In this document: positions 21,901 to 35,800 of the stretch, in pieces
How positions within the stretch are numbered: the stretch's first letter is position 1
Layout: the number at the start of each line of letters is the position of its first letter
NCBI GenBank assembly: GCA_977030845.1
Contig: OZ365114.1
Coordinates: 23,622,001 to 23,686,000, forward strand
Source: Fimbriosthenelais zetlandica
Taxonomy: Eukaryota
DNA length: 64,000 bases
Direction: 5' to 3'
Translations under genes and position numbers: made by a program
The notes under the pieces: generated by a model
Database searches by the model: none
What the model was told of the DNA's origin: nothing
The model's input: only the letters and a program-made list of their open reading frames with translations

Positions 21901-24900
21901 GATGATATGTTACACGGCTATATTGAAAACACATGTGGCCGGGCAAAAAATACAAGGCGGATTTAACAGCGCATTTTGATTGTGAAGATTTATAGTTTTA
22001 TGTTAGCTGTATTCAAACATGAATGGTGGGGACTGGGAGGTGGTTGAGACCCCCCTCAGTATGAGCCACCCAGTGTCATGGTGAATCATGGCTCGCTCAG
22101 ACTCAATCCACGATATGCACCATGGATCCTGCCAGAGATTCCATAATTATCCCTCAAAAACAGGTCTAAAATGTTTAAACTCTATTTCAAGAGTCAAGGC
22201 CAGATTTTATACAGGGAAATGTTGAGTATATTTTTGCACAGGATTCATGAATCTATCATGAGTGAAAAATGATGGTCAGACCGGGGGATGAGGAGGCATG
22301 TTTATGTAACTGTGAGAGTCAATCTAGCAGGGTCAGTGAGACAATCATGATTATGGTCAGACCATACCACCTGGGTCCTCTTTCAACTCTCACTGCCCTC
22401 CACCTCCTACTCACCCCCCCCCCCCCCCCCCACCAGCCATCCCCTTCTCCAGACTCGTCTGATAATCAACATTCCCATGGATCAACGAGTAATGAAAAAT
22501 ACTTGGTTCTAATATACAGAGGTATACATCATAGGGTAGCTCGGCTAATAGCCTGGAACCATTACTCCACAAGAGTATTCCCCTCTCTTTAAATTGTTTT
22601 CTTTTCTTAAGCATGACCTTTCAAAAAAGGAACATAATATTTTGAAGGTATGCCATTGCATACAATGGGTTAGCCTGCATTGGAAGGAGGATGAGGGTCA
22701 ATGCCATCTAAGGAGCTGTTTCAATGAGCGCATATTAACTAAAGCATTTTTAGCCAGATTTGCACTAATAGGTAACAAAGAAACGCGTGTCCTGTCTCCA
22801 TCCTTCCCCTACTGTCTCTCCCTGTCTCAGCCCATCTTGTTCCCTATCCCTCCCTCAGCCCCCTCTCTGTGAGAGGGATAGAGGTCTCGTGTTACAAATG
22901 GTCGGGGGATATGACAACGTGGCGCAGACTTTTCTCATTGTATCTGACGTTGATAGACGGGACCTTTACCTTTTGGCTCTGACTTCTGACTGGACGCGGA
23001 TTATCTCCAGCATCGGAAGAAGGTGGATACCATTAAGATGAGCTTAATCCCTGGCAGTTCTCAACTGCTCCAGCTTCCAATTTGGCACCTCAGACAGCCC
23101 ACCCCAAAGAAACGAGGCGCGAAGCACCAATTACACTTTAATAGTTTTGATTTTAGGGATGGTTATATTTCCAAACTCATATTTTGATTTTAAATTGAAT
23201 TAACTTTATCAACCTACGTTTCACAGAATGCCACAGAAGGCCGACTCGCGGTGAGTTGATCTATGGACTGACTTAGCAGACCAGGCAGAGGAAACTAGTG
23301 AAATCTAATAAGCTATACTGGCTCTTCTCTCCTGTCAAAAACCAACTTCTTCAAGGCCATGAGAGACCATAAACACCTCACTCACAAAGATAAATGAATA
23401 ACAATCATCTCCTGGGTGCATAAAGGTGCCGGTCAGACCTTCTCAGCTTCTCTCCAACACTGACTGAGGGAAAAAACAAGAAAAAAGCAGCAGCAAAACC
23501 TTGCCATACCACTCTGACATTATGTTTGATGAGTGGCGATTTTAGGTTAATCGCAGTGCGACAGTTGAGAGCGAAAACAGTCAGAGTTAATGTTTTTTCC
23601 ACTTGGGGGACTGGCCACACATACTTCTAGGAGAGAGAAAAATGACTGGGTATTTTAAGCTATTATACATGTATACCCTCCTAAAATATGTACATTCGTC
23701 ATTCTGGACAGGCGTGCTGGAGATTCCTGTTGGAAGATCCTCATGATTTTAACATGGCTTTAAGGGAAAATGGAGTAAAACTGATTAAAACAATCATTAG
23801 ACTCAACATACAAATCAAAGGATTCCTGAGGATGATTCCCTAGAAATACGGAGTAGAGCTGCAACATAGGTGGCACCTTCATACCCCCAACCGTCATATT
23901 TCTAACCTTCTCATCTCTCCCCATCCTCCCCAACTTCCTTCCCCCATTCCTCAAACGTAGCTATCCTCAATGTTATGCTCCATCTCTCGCGACCTCTACA
24001 CACCTTCCTATATCTCTCTCGACCTTCCACTTGGATTCTTACATCCCTCTCGACCTCTCCAATCCTTCCTATACCTCTCTCGACCTCAACAATCTTTCCT
24101 GTATCTCGACCTTCCCCTATCTCCCCCAACCTTCCACTGTCTTCTGTACCCTTACAAATCCCTCATATGCCCCTTCCTCTCTTCCTATATCCTTCTTCCC
24201 CCACCTTCCCCCAATCTCTGGATCAAGCACACCTGTACACCTCCTCCCCAGTCACCCATTCAGGAGATTAATACCTTCTCCCTCTGCCCTCATAAATCCA
24301 GCATGCCTGGTATCTTTGGTATCATAGTTATTATATAAGGTATTCCACGCTTATATCAAAAGGCAAGACCAAATATATATCAATGTGATAAAAAGCGATA
24401 TGATCTTGTCAAACAGGAAGCCATGATACATGGCTTCATATCACGTGTGTGTCGTATGGAGGAGTGGGAGGTTGTGATATTAATGGCCTCATAACCAGGT
24501 TATTGAGATAATAATAATAAGTCTGACGCGTGCATATTATCATTTTTCTTCGTACTAAAAGGTTGCAGGGAGGGATGAATTACAGGAAGCATATAGTGTC
24601 TCATTAGCAGTAACTCACAGACAGCTAACAGAATGAGAGAGGTAGCAACAAGATATTACGCATGTCACAATGTTTTTACCTCCGGGAACAGTAAAGATTC
24701 CACGTGACAACATGGTGGTAAAAAATCTTGTAAAATGTAAGGAGGTACACAATGTGAGGATTTTAAATCAGTAATGCTGGGACGGGAGGCTTTGATCGGG
24801 TCCCAAAGCGAATAGCAACAAACATGTTGTCCATCAAAAGACTGCTGGCAAAAAGTGAATGCTTTTTGTTTATGATTCCCTACAGATTGGCATGAAGTGT

Positions 24901-27900
24901 GGCAGAATAGGAAATGATTTTTTTGTAATATGAAGGAAGGTAGGAATAAAGGAAGTAAGGAACAATCTTCCTTATAATTTGTCTTCCAAGACTACACGGG
25001 CATAGCACGTATAGCATTAACATCAAGGAGAAGAGTGGGGGAAAAGTGATGTAGATGAAAGATAGAATCATAATTAAAAGCAGAATAGACAGACTAAGGT
25101 CAAATAAAAAATACAGCATGTCATGTTTATGTTATACCCTGGTTACTAATGATCACAGTAATAATGAATGAATATCTCCTCCTCACTGTTTCACTTACTG
25201 AAATCCAATGTATTTTTGCACAAATATTATTTCCCTGACTTCGTCAGCTTTAAAAACAGAGGCAATCCTGTCAGGATTATAAGTGGAAATGGCACTTTTC
25301 GTTTCGTGAATTAAAACAGTGAAGGTTCTGATTCCTGATCAATCTGCACCAGAAAAAGTTGATGCGCAAAAATAAACGTTTACAATACAAGGAACATAGT
25401 GGGGGCAGTTCAGAGGAGGCGTGTTGGAGTCTGATTTTTGTTCTCTTTTGCATCTGTTTCTTTCAGTATTTTTTTTCAGTTTTTTCCTCTCTGGTGAGGG
25501 GGGTATCAGTGACTGATTTGTGGGAGGTGGTGGTAGATGGGAGCAGGAGATGAAAGGTTTTGTGATATAACTGATGAACTGGACACAGCTGGTTGTCAAG
25601 GCCACCAGGTATAGTCCCCACTGGATTCTACCCCCAGCCTATTCCACTGCCTCTATCATACCTCCCTCATGGTGGCTTTCTTAATCCATATTCCCTCCTA
25701 AAATCATACATCTCCATGCTGGTTTTTTTTTAAGAAGACCTCCCTCCTGAAACGGTGATTCTTTTCCTTCCATAAAACCATAAATCTTTCATATACCTCC
25801 CTCTGGAGAACCTGGGTTTTTGTCAGGGTAGTCAGGGCTATCTCCTTCCTTCTATATTCACAGAGCAGCAGTGTTCATTTCTTTCTGTCATCATCAACAG
25901 GGAGGGAAATTAAGGATAAATAATGCCCTGCTTTCCCTTTCCTATTGCTCACAAGTGGAGATATACAAGTGGTTTGCGGACTGCTCGGCTGGCACACCGG
26001 GATCATCGAGGCAGCGCCCCAGGTCCACGTGGATAAAGGAAATCAGCCATACTTCACACCATTCCTCATCATCCATTCTCATCCCGCTCATAAAAAGTCA
26101 TAACTCGACTAAAAGGTGATAAACAATAATAATCTCAACCTGTTTGGGGGAGTGAGGAAGGTCTGTCTAATGCCAGGGCTGTACCATGTAAAGTCTGGTA
26201 CCAGTAGGTGTGAGCCATGTGGAGTTAGAGAAGTTCACCTAAAGTGCTCCCTCCACTCTTACACTTATCACCCTCATGCTCATTTACCTCTTACCACTTC
26301 TTACTGTAATCAGTGTTTATAGGGTGAAAAATATCTCTATAGAGGAGCGTGGGGGATTGATGCAGTTCATCATCATAGACAATGACAGCATTAGACTATT
26401 TAGTCAGTTCCTTCCAAATTTGTCTTGAGGCATCATGATCACTTTTTCCTGGGGTATAGAACTGTACCTCTGACTTTAGTTACCTATACAGAACCTGAAA
26501 TTCTGTTAGAGAAATCTGCAGAGCTGTGCTGAATCTCTATTCAGTTCTTGAGGATGGCATCGTTGACCGGAGAGCTGCATTTTCAAGTCAGGCAATCATG
26601 AACACTCAGGAATGTAGACTCACAAAGGCCTTATTTCTCACTAAGTGAATACAGAGATGACCAAATTTGAGAGCCAGTAACTCAAAGTTAACTAGGGTTA
26701 GCTAGTTTATAAGTGAGTAGAGGAACTGGATCTCTGTTTGCAGGTTAGATGTAGATGGCTAATCTGTGTAGCCTGAAGTATAGACCACCTGAGCTCTAGC
26801 TATCACAGAGAGGGATGCTCAGTCCTCATCTCACTGATATCTATCACCAGTTCCAATCACAAACCCTTGAATCATTACCCCCCTTTGAACTGTGAAAGAT
26901 GGATGTGCTTATGTCTGTATGACAGTAGGGAGGCATGATTGAATGCCAGCCGACCTGTTGGTAAGCTATATCATATCAATTCCTCTTTACCCCGGAGCCG
27001 CACCACCATCCTCCCATACATACCTCCGTCCTACAGGTGTTAGAGACCAGGAGGAATACCTCGCAGGTGAAATGAGCGTGACACTAGGGGTGGATAATGG
27101 ATCATTATGATGGATGACTACATGTGTGGTGAAACAAGAGAACTCTCAGCTATAACGCCACATCTTCATCAGTGTCTGAGACGAGGCAAAAAACCACCAA
27201 AGGAATTGTTCCTATTTATTCCAACAGTGAGTGTTATGTCACTTTGCCAGGCTCCTTCTCAAAGAAATCATCTTCACTGTGAGCAAATAAGCATGACCAG
27301 GGAATAGTCAACGCAAAAATGGTGGCCTCTTTATTGAGGCGTCTGAACAATTGCCAGGATGTAGAAGTCTCTTATCATATCTACATTCATCACTTACTGG
27401 CAGCTTAGCTTGAATCTTAGTAATGTATCTAAATGGGATGGGATATACTTTGTTATTCAATGTTCTGAGACCATATTGCAGTGTTGGTAGAGTAGATCTA
27501 AAATGGCAGAGATGTAAGCCAGCAGTGATCGGTCATCTCATCAGAGATCGCAATCTCTGCCAATCAGGGACAACACAAATGGACCTTGGTCCTTGACACG
27601 ATCGGTGTTTTATATAATTTAGGTAAATATACGTAATTAATACCAAACGTAGGGTAGTGGCAGGAGAGCTTGGCTATCAGAACCAACAATAGATAAAGAA
27701 CAAGTGATTTGCACCTGAAGTAAAGGCCTCACCATGAATCACTCAATGTAAGAGAGATTCTTGGCCTTTTAAGTTGCTTGCCCACGGTGGAAGAGATTGG
27801 ATTCCTTCCTTTAACAAACAAGTAATGGATTGTTTTTCTGACATTACTAATCTCTGGTCTGACTGGCTGGAGGAGCCAGTCTCCACCTTTGACCCGACCC

Positions 27901-30900
27901 ACCATAGCACACTCCAGGCCTGACCACGACCTCTCATCCCACAGACCAAATGATCGCGACCTTTGACCTCAGACATGATGGGTAAAAACCTGTGCTAATA
28001 CTGTTTAGCTGGGGTAAGGCCAAGCAGTGAAATGTATAAAGAGAGACCTGCTTTTTTCTTAAAGCCAAGCTATTATAAACGTAATTGGCCATACTCAAGA
28101 ATTTTGAAATTTCTTTTTACTTTTCATTCGTCTCTGTTTCATCTTTAATTAAGGATTACTGATATATACGCTCTTGTAAGATTGCAGATTTTGGCGAAAT
28201 TAACCCAAAGACCGAATAATATTCTCTCTAAGCTTCAACCAAGATAGAGAAGGTTTCACGAATAGAATTTTTCTCATTTCCATAATAGAATTTTTCTCAT
28301 TTTCATAATAGCAATGTTTACATTTATTTTGTCCACATAACTCTTTTGAATGCTCGGAATCGAGACAACATACTTTGTGTGGCCTCTCAAAATTTTCATC
28401 GCAATTTTATTGCATCAGGTGTTTGCTGAACCCTATTAAATAACTCAGCTAACCAGAAGCAGACTTTTTGGAGAACAAAAAAAGTCATAAAAATCTTCTC
28501 ACTTCTGACTTCTATTACAAGCCCATCAGTTTTCCCCCGGCCTGCGGAAGCTGAAGGTATTTCATACTTATGGCATAATAAAGTCCTGATTTAAGGGACA
28601 GGGGAAGCGAGGGCAGTTTTTCACATAAGGTAATCTCTGAGCTAGGGAGGGGTTTGCTCCATCCTGTGTCACGTGCCAGGAAATATCAAACCGTCTCTAT
28701 TTTCTAACGAAAAGTTTTGGACTTTCCGACTATCAGACTGGCTCAATTTGGGACGAATCCCAAGGAAGTTAATTTTGTGTAACTGAAAATGATCTTCGTT
28801 TACCCAAATCTTCAAGATTCAAGAATCTATTCTCATTTCCACTCAAAATGGTCTTCACTGACCCAAAATCTTCAGGATCCAGGGACCTACTTCCATTTCT
28901 ACAACTGCCAAATATCAGTGTAAGTAGCTCAGGGAAGGCAATGTTGCGAGGCCAGCCTGGCGCCCAGGTGAATCAGCACACCATTAGTATGGTGATTACC
29001 TGGCTCAGACCCCCCTCTCACCATGTCAGGTGGGGGTCTACAGGCCTCATGTAGTCACCCCATTTTATGGTCAATAACTTGTACAAACAAAGCTACACCC
29101 AAGGAGGATATTTCACCAGCGTGAATGCTTAACCAGAGTGTTCCTCCAATCTTCCAGGTTATAAAGATTCTACAATGCTCTATCATTGTAGGAGCGGCCA
29201 AGTATGTTCTAAACATTCTGCTGAAACAAATACGAGACATAATTCTTATAGTTACCTGCAAGCCCTTAGAGTAAAAATCTAATTCACAAAATCTAGAATC
29301 AAAGAAATGACCCCTTCTTATCAATAGTGCCTTAGAAATTGAAAACGTCCGAGAGATAACATATTCAATCAACCTGGTATATATGCGGAATCATGCCTGA
29401 TTAAAGACTTCCAAACATTTCTAGCCATCTGACTTTCATTAGTACCTAAACTGGCAGTATTTTGATTAGAGTAGTTGATTTACTTGATGAAAAAGTTAGT
29501 AAAATGCTCCATGTGATGGTTTAAATTCTGAACCAGAAATAGATAACATTTTTGATAAAGAGTTTAATTTAATGTTAATGTGGGTTGGGCGGGGGGGGGG
29601 GGGATGGGAAGTGTCCCTGGCATCCTTTAAACTATGCGCTCACAATCTGCACACCAGCCCTCAAGGACTGGATGTTCTCTTTTCCGTTCTGGTATAATAA
29701 GATATCTCTCTAGATATTGGCCTGTACCTTAGATGCAACAAAGAGTGATTGCGTTACAATTGGTATAGACTAAAAATTGAGACAGTGGAATGGCTTGTAA
29801 AAAGTAAAGACACAAGAGAGACATCTCATCAGTAGATATGTACAAGGTGTATCTATCAGTGGGCATTGGTGTCCAATCACTGGGTGTTCAGTTAGGCCGT
29901 CTGTCACCCCACATCTCAGCCCAGCCCCCCATCAGGTGGCCCAGCTCCTCTGATAACATAATTTTCTCTTATCACTTTTAGATGTCCTCAGCCCGTGAGT
30001 TGTGATAATATATTGTTAGAATGAAGGAGGTTTCAGTTCACAATCCTGCACCGTGCAGTGTTGGCAGATTCTGCAGCTCGCAGCTCTCTTTTGCCTCAGA
30101 CCGTAAAATTTGCACCAAGTGTGTGTTTGGCATGTTTTCTTTCATGTACTACATGTCACAGGACATGCCTTTAGTGATGTATGGATAATAAAATGGAGGC
30201 TTTTTTTTGCGTGGAATACAAATACATTACCTAAGGCTGGCTGTATGATAGGACGAAGCTACAAAGATGAGTCTGCCTTGGTAAACCCACCTCCTTCTAG
30301 TCTTTATGATTAAATCCACTTGAAAAAAAATCAAAGTTGTATGTACTTCATACAGATTGGTAACCAGAAGCCGGCCAGACTCAATTCTTGTCTTGTTTGG
30401 CAAGAAAAATATACCAAGTCGATGACGTAGGAGTCAAGGGAAATAAATGAATTTCTATCAGAGTCTCATCTTTACATATGGGAAATGTATAATATAAAAG
30501 TAGGGGAATGAAGACACTTGTTTCTGCCAGCAGAAGAGGGGTGATAGAAGGGCAGAAGGATGAGGAGGCGGAGGAAGAGCAGCTCGCCAGAGTAGACCCA
30601 TCTGCTCCTCTTGCTCCGGGCAGAGAAAGAAATTGAGTTATGTCGGATCAATCCATCATAAGCAGCGAAAAGATGGGAGATCACCTTGAGTTGCAGAATC
30701 CTTCTCATTTCACTAGTATCTGCTCTAACCATGGAGCGAAAACAACTAAACACTATGCCAACTCCTCTTCAAAATTCCACCTGGGCTTTCAAATGAGCCT
30801 GTATGGAAGGCCTACCTAAAACCGAGGGTACGGAGTATAGGAACACCTTTAACAGGATTACCCTGAGTTTCACATTATTCTGTCTATATTTACTCATGAA

Positions 30901-32781
30901 ATCACGGGTTTGGTTATAGAAATAAATGGTTTATTGTCCTAAGAAGGCAGCAATATGTGAAAGCATGCTTCCAATGAGTTCATAATCTAAAACACTTCAG
31001 TACTTTTGAACATTTTGAGGCATCACAGGAGCATCATAGGTATGTACTTCTACAGAAGCAGGACCATGTGTGGAATTTTAATGGGAAGGTTGGAAGATGG
31101 AGAAAGGGGTTCAAAAAGTAGAACAAGTAGTAAAGGTTTCCGGCGAGTGAGACATGGCTGAGGTAATACATAACAGATCCCTGCCTTCTGTGCTCAAATC
31201 ACTGTTCTACGTCATACATTGGTGGCTACCTGCCCGGGAACTGCTCGCTACACCACTCGAGTTGCTCAGTGACTGGCAGTCACTTCCATGTTCATTTTCT
31301 CACTCATTATCTCTAATTTATCAGTCTATATTCCACCATTTACCTGTCCTCATCAGCCCACGCAGTCTAGAAAGAGTCCCTAGTGATTTTTTTCTATTTC
31401 TAAATATAACATATTAGCAACATCTTAACGTTAATAACTTATAACTCCTCTGCCAATCTTTATAATTTTTACTCATATAAACAACAAATCTCGGCAGAAC
31501 TTGAGATGTCCTCACTTTATGAGGTGCAACATGCGGAACTGGGAAGACGGGGGTGTTTTCCCTATCAAATTATCCGCCTTACACTTCAAACGTTCCCCAA
31601 AGCCGAGCTGCTCAGGCGTTACTGGGCAACACGTGTCAGGCCTGAGTGGTCAAGAGTAGCCCGCATCCATCCTTCCCCCTTTAAATAACGTCACAGGTCT
31701 ATTTTTATATTAGCAATTGATGCAGCATATATACTAGGGCACCACCAACTGCCAAAAGGTTGTCGGGACGTTATCTGATTGGCATTATTTATTTTTGACT
31801 ATAATAAAGTATGACCAGGGGGTATGGGGTGTGCATGTATCTGGGGTCAGTAGGACTAGGTCAAGGGGAGGAAGCCATTAGTGGTTAGATGACCCTGGTC
31901 CTGCTACCCCAGCCACCACAACACCTGACGTACATACAGGCTGAACTCTGTGAAGGAATGTGGGTGAGCATGCCACACGATGTAGGCCTACGCCACGCTT
32001 CTATGATAAACGCCTATATTCATAGATACTCTCATGAGTTTGTTGGGGTGGGGGTGCATGGAAGTGTTTGCGCAGGTCATCAAAAACCCATACTTTTGGC
32101 TTGTACCAAAAGCTTTATATTGCTTCTTCCAAAGCTTCTAGCAAAGCTTTAATCAACAGTCGTTATCTTCAGAAATCCTATCGTCATTGCATTTACTTAC
32201 TCAGATTGAAATGTAGAATGAATATTTGTCAACAAGAAATAAAATCACCTTGTTTTCCCCTACCCCTACCCCATCTTTGGATCCCCATCTGTAGATAGTG
32301 GAGTGTAGGAGGGGGTATTTACCTGATGGCATTTTCTGGGTGGGGGTCAGTGAAAACGACTGGGGAAATGGAGAATCTTCACTTGTTATCACGAGTTATT
32401 ATCACGCGGAATGGTTGTCATATCTTAATGATTTTCACCACTCGCCCCACTGAGAGACCACCCGCTCTTCTCTTCCACAAACATGGGTACCTTATCTACG
32501 GCCACTTCTCTTCTCACCTCTCGAGACCAAGGCCGCAACCCACTGTATACATGGATTAATATTGGTCTTCATCAACGAAAGAGAAGATAGATCGATTGAT
32601 AGAGAGCAAGATAGAATGATTTCTGTCCTCACTTCTCTTCACTTCACTTCGCGAGACCAAAGACGAGACCTACCGTATACATGTACTATTGGTCGCCATC
32701 TGACATCAAGGAAAGAAGAGATAGATCGATCGATCGATAGAGATAGAGATAAATCGAATTAGATCGATCGATCGATAGAAT

Positions 32782-32847
<66 letters not shown>

Positions 32848-35800
32848 TCTTTACTCACCTTTTAAAACGGTATGAACGAATCACTTAATTCTTAGAGAGA
32901 AAATGTCTTACAATACTCACTTCAGCTCATCAAGAACAATGTCTGATCATTGTATGATAATTAATAAACATCGATACTCAACCAAGGTCAGGACAATCTT
33001 CAAGGTCTCACCTGTAAATAACAAGATAAACGTCATAAACCTTCGATAGAAAAATGCTCCTCATAGATATGTTATTGGACATAAACTGTTGATGCTTTGA
33101 AGGAGTCAGTGTTTTTGTGATTTTTCCACTAAATACTGTTTTTTTAGTTATAGAGAAGCAAGGAATGACTGAGTGATGGCATTTGTTTTGTAGATAGAAT
33201 AAATGATTAGGGAGGTAAGCTTTCTTTACATGAAGGTTACACGGCAGTGGCAGCTGGGCAGTTCCTGATCCTGGTTCAACGCCCGCCACAACTAGTGCAA
33301 CTAAGTCAAGCCTTTATAAATTACATGAGACTATATCTTATCATTTCTGACAATTCATTACTTTCACATGTAGATATGGATCAGGGGATGTTGGTCTACA
33401 TCTGACTCTTCTCACTATCTCTCTACTGTCTCTTTCTTCTGTCTGTAAGCTTGTTGGTTCATCAGTCCGTCTCTCAACCACTTCATCTCTCGTCATCACC
33501 CTCATCATTCATAATGCAACCAATTAAGAGTAAGTACTGGTCAGTAAGCAAGCAAAACACTCAATTTGTCCACCTCTAATCAATCTAATTGCTCTATTGT
33601 TTATCATTCTGCGCACAGTCATTTTAGGCGGGGTCTAGCAGGTGCCATCTCGTTTCTCCTATCACACTCAGGGAGTATGTAAGTAGAAGAGGCATGTATA
33701 ATTCCTCATGAAAGATTAGAGTTACGTGAGGAGGAGGGTGATGAATTATGGTAGGCCTGAGGAAAGCAGCAGTAATCCTAGCAAAGATAAGTCACTTTTA
33801 AGAGCCTGTTTATATCTAGCCTAGAGACATTGATATAAGCACAGTGTCTATAGATGAGCCCCCGCTATCAGGCTATCAAACTATATCCCCATGTTGACAC
33901 CTCTGTGTATATAAGATCTCTAACAATCGGACCACCTTGCCTGCTTATATAAGGCCTAAAGCAAAGCAAGTTTCTACCACACCACAGAACTAATATTCTA
34001 AATCTGCAAGACCAGCAAGACAAACTCTTCGATTTAAAAACATCTTAAAGATCGTCAGAAGAAATGCCCTGCAGGCAAGATAAGTCAGCATCCAGTCAAT
34101 TTGAAACTATCAAGCACCCCCTGGGGTTTAAATCGGTTTTAAAAAACAAAAATATTTGGTCAATGTAAAAAAATTAACATAATATCTCACAAACAGTTTT
34201 ATCAACGCCACTGAAAAAGATTAATGCGAAGTTGAAAGGGGGAAGGGAAAAATAACTCAACATCCTCCAAAGTGGGTGTCAGAGATGTGGCAGAAACCAA
34301 AACTATTAGCGGTGGCCTTATCAGACCATTACAATAATTCACAATAAGCGCTGGTCTATAATTCTAATGATCCAGCCGCTCACCTACTGGGGTGAGAAGC
34401 CGGTGTGTTTTATACACGCTCACACCCCCTATCACCCACTTCTCATGGCTTTATGAGCCTGAGTAACTTGGATGTAATTATTCTCCAGCATTCCCCACCT
34501 CACCCAGACCCAGTCTACAGGGGTCTGGCGGCTCCCATCAAAGTAAACAAGTCTGACTCGTCATTTAGTCTCCACCTTGTATCTGCCCGTACCCATTCTC
34601 AATTCAGAATGAGAGAAATTCACCCTGGCATGAGCCGATTTCAGAATCTCAGTCTGTATTTAAGGAACGGTCTGAATATCTCAGTACTAGGGTAGGGCAT
34701 ATATGTGGGCATCGCCCTCCAATTGAATTGTATTGGGGTAGGGCATATATGTGGGCATCGCCCTCCAATTGAATTGTATTGGGGTAGGACATTGATGTGT
34801 GCATCGCCCTCCAATTGAATTCTATTGGGGTAGGACATTGATGTGGGCATCGCCCTCCAATTGAATTCTATTGGGGTAGGGCATTTATGTGGGCATCGCC
34901 CTCCAATTGAATTTTATTGGGATAGGACATTGATGTGTGCATCGCCCTCCAATTGAATTCTATTGGGGTAGGACATTGATGTGTGCATCGCCCTCCAATT
35001 GAATTCTATTGGGGTAGGACATTGATGTGGGCATCGCCCTCCAATTGAATTCTATTGGGGTAGGGCATTTATGTGGGCATCGCCCTCCAATTGAATTTTA
35101 TTGGGATAGGACATTGATGTGGGCATCGCCCTCCAATTGAATTTTATTGGGATAGGACATTGATGTGGGCATCGCCCTCCAATTGGATTCTATTGGGGTA
35201 GGACATTTATGTGGGCATCGCCCTCCAATTAATTGTATTGGGATAGGACATCTATGTGGGCATCGCCCTCCAATTGAATTTTATTGGGATAGGACATTTA
35301 TGTGGGCATCACCCTCCAGTACTTTCGTCCAATACCTTTAAAATATACATCTGGACACCCCACCCCTCCACCCTAGCACCATCCATATCACTGGATCCGC
35401 CACAGGTAACAAGAATCTTCTTTAGGAAAAAATCAAATATATCGAATTCTGCAAGCAGCGTCCTTCTTTATCAACCGCCGTGAAGTTCATTAAAAATGTG
35501 TTTATAAAACAAACTAGGCACAGGGGTAAACTCAGTCACTTACATGGCAGGCACCCTGGCCCTACACTTCAAATCATTTCACTGATTCTTTTCACAGCAT
35601 TTAGCAGGCTTTACTTGAGCTGAGTTAATGTGTAACATGTAACATCGTAACAGAGACTGTCACTTATCTTACTGTATCACACCATCAAAGACAGAGTGAT
35701 CGGTTTAGTATATCTGTTTAATTCTGGGACCTAAATCTCTAGTAGCTGAGGCCAGTGTTTTTAATTAGTGAGTCGGGATACAATCCTGCTGTTCATATAG

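Noticed and set aside
34690-35318. CRISPR array
   Set aside because: The units are contiguous 46 bp near-identical repeats with no unique spacers, there are no cas genes, and the context is a eukaryotic intron.
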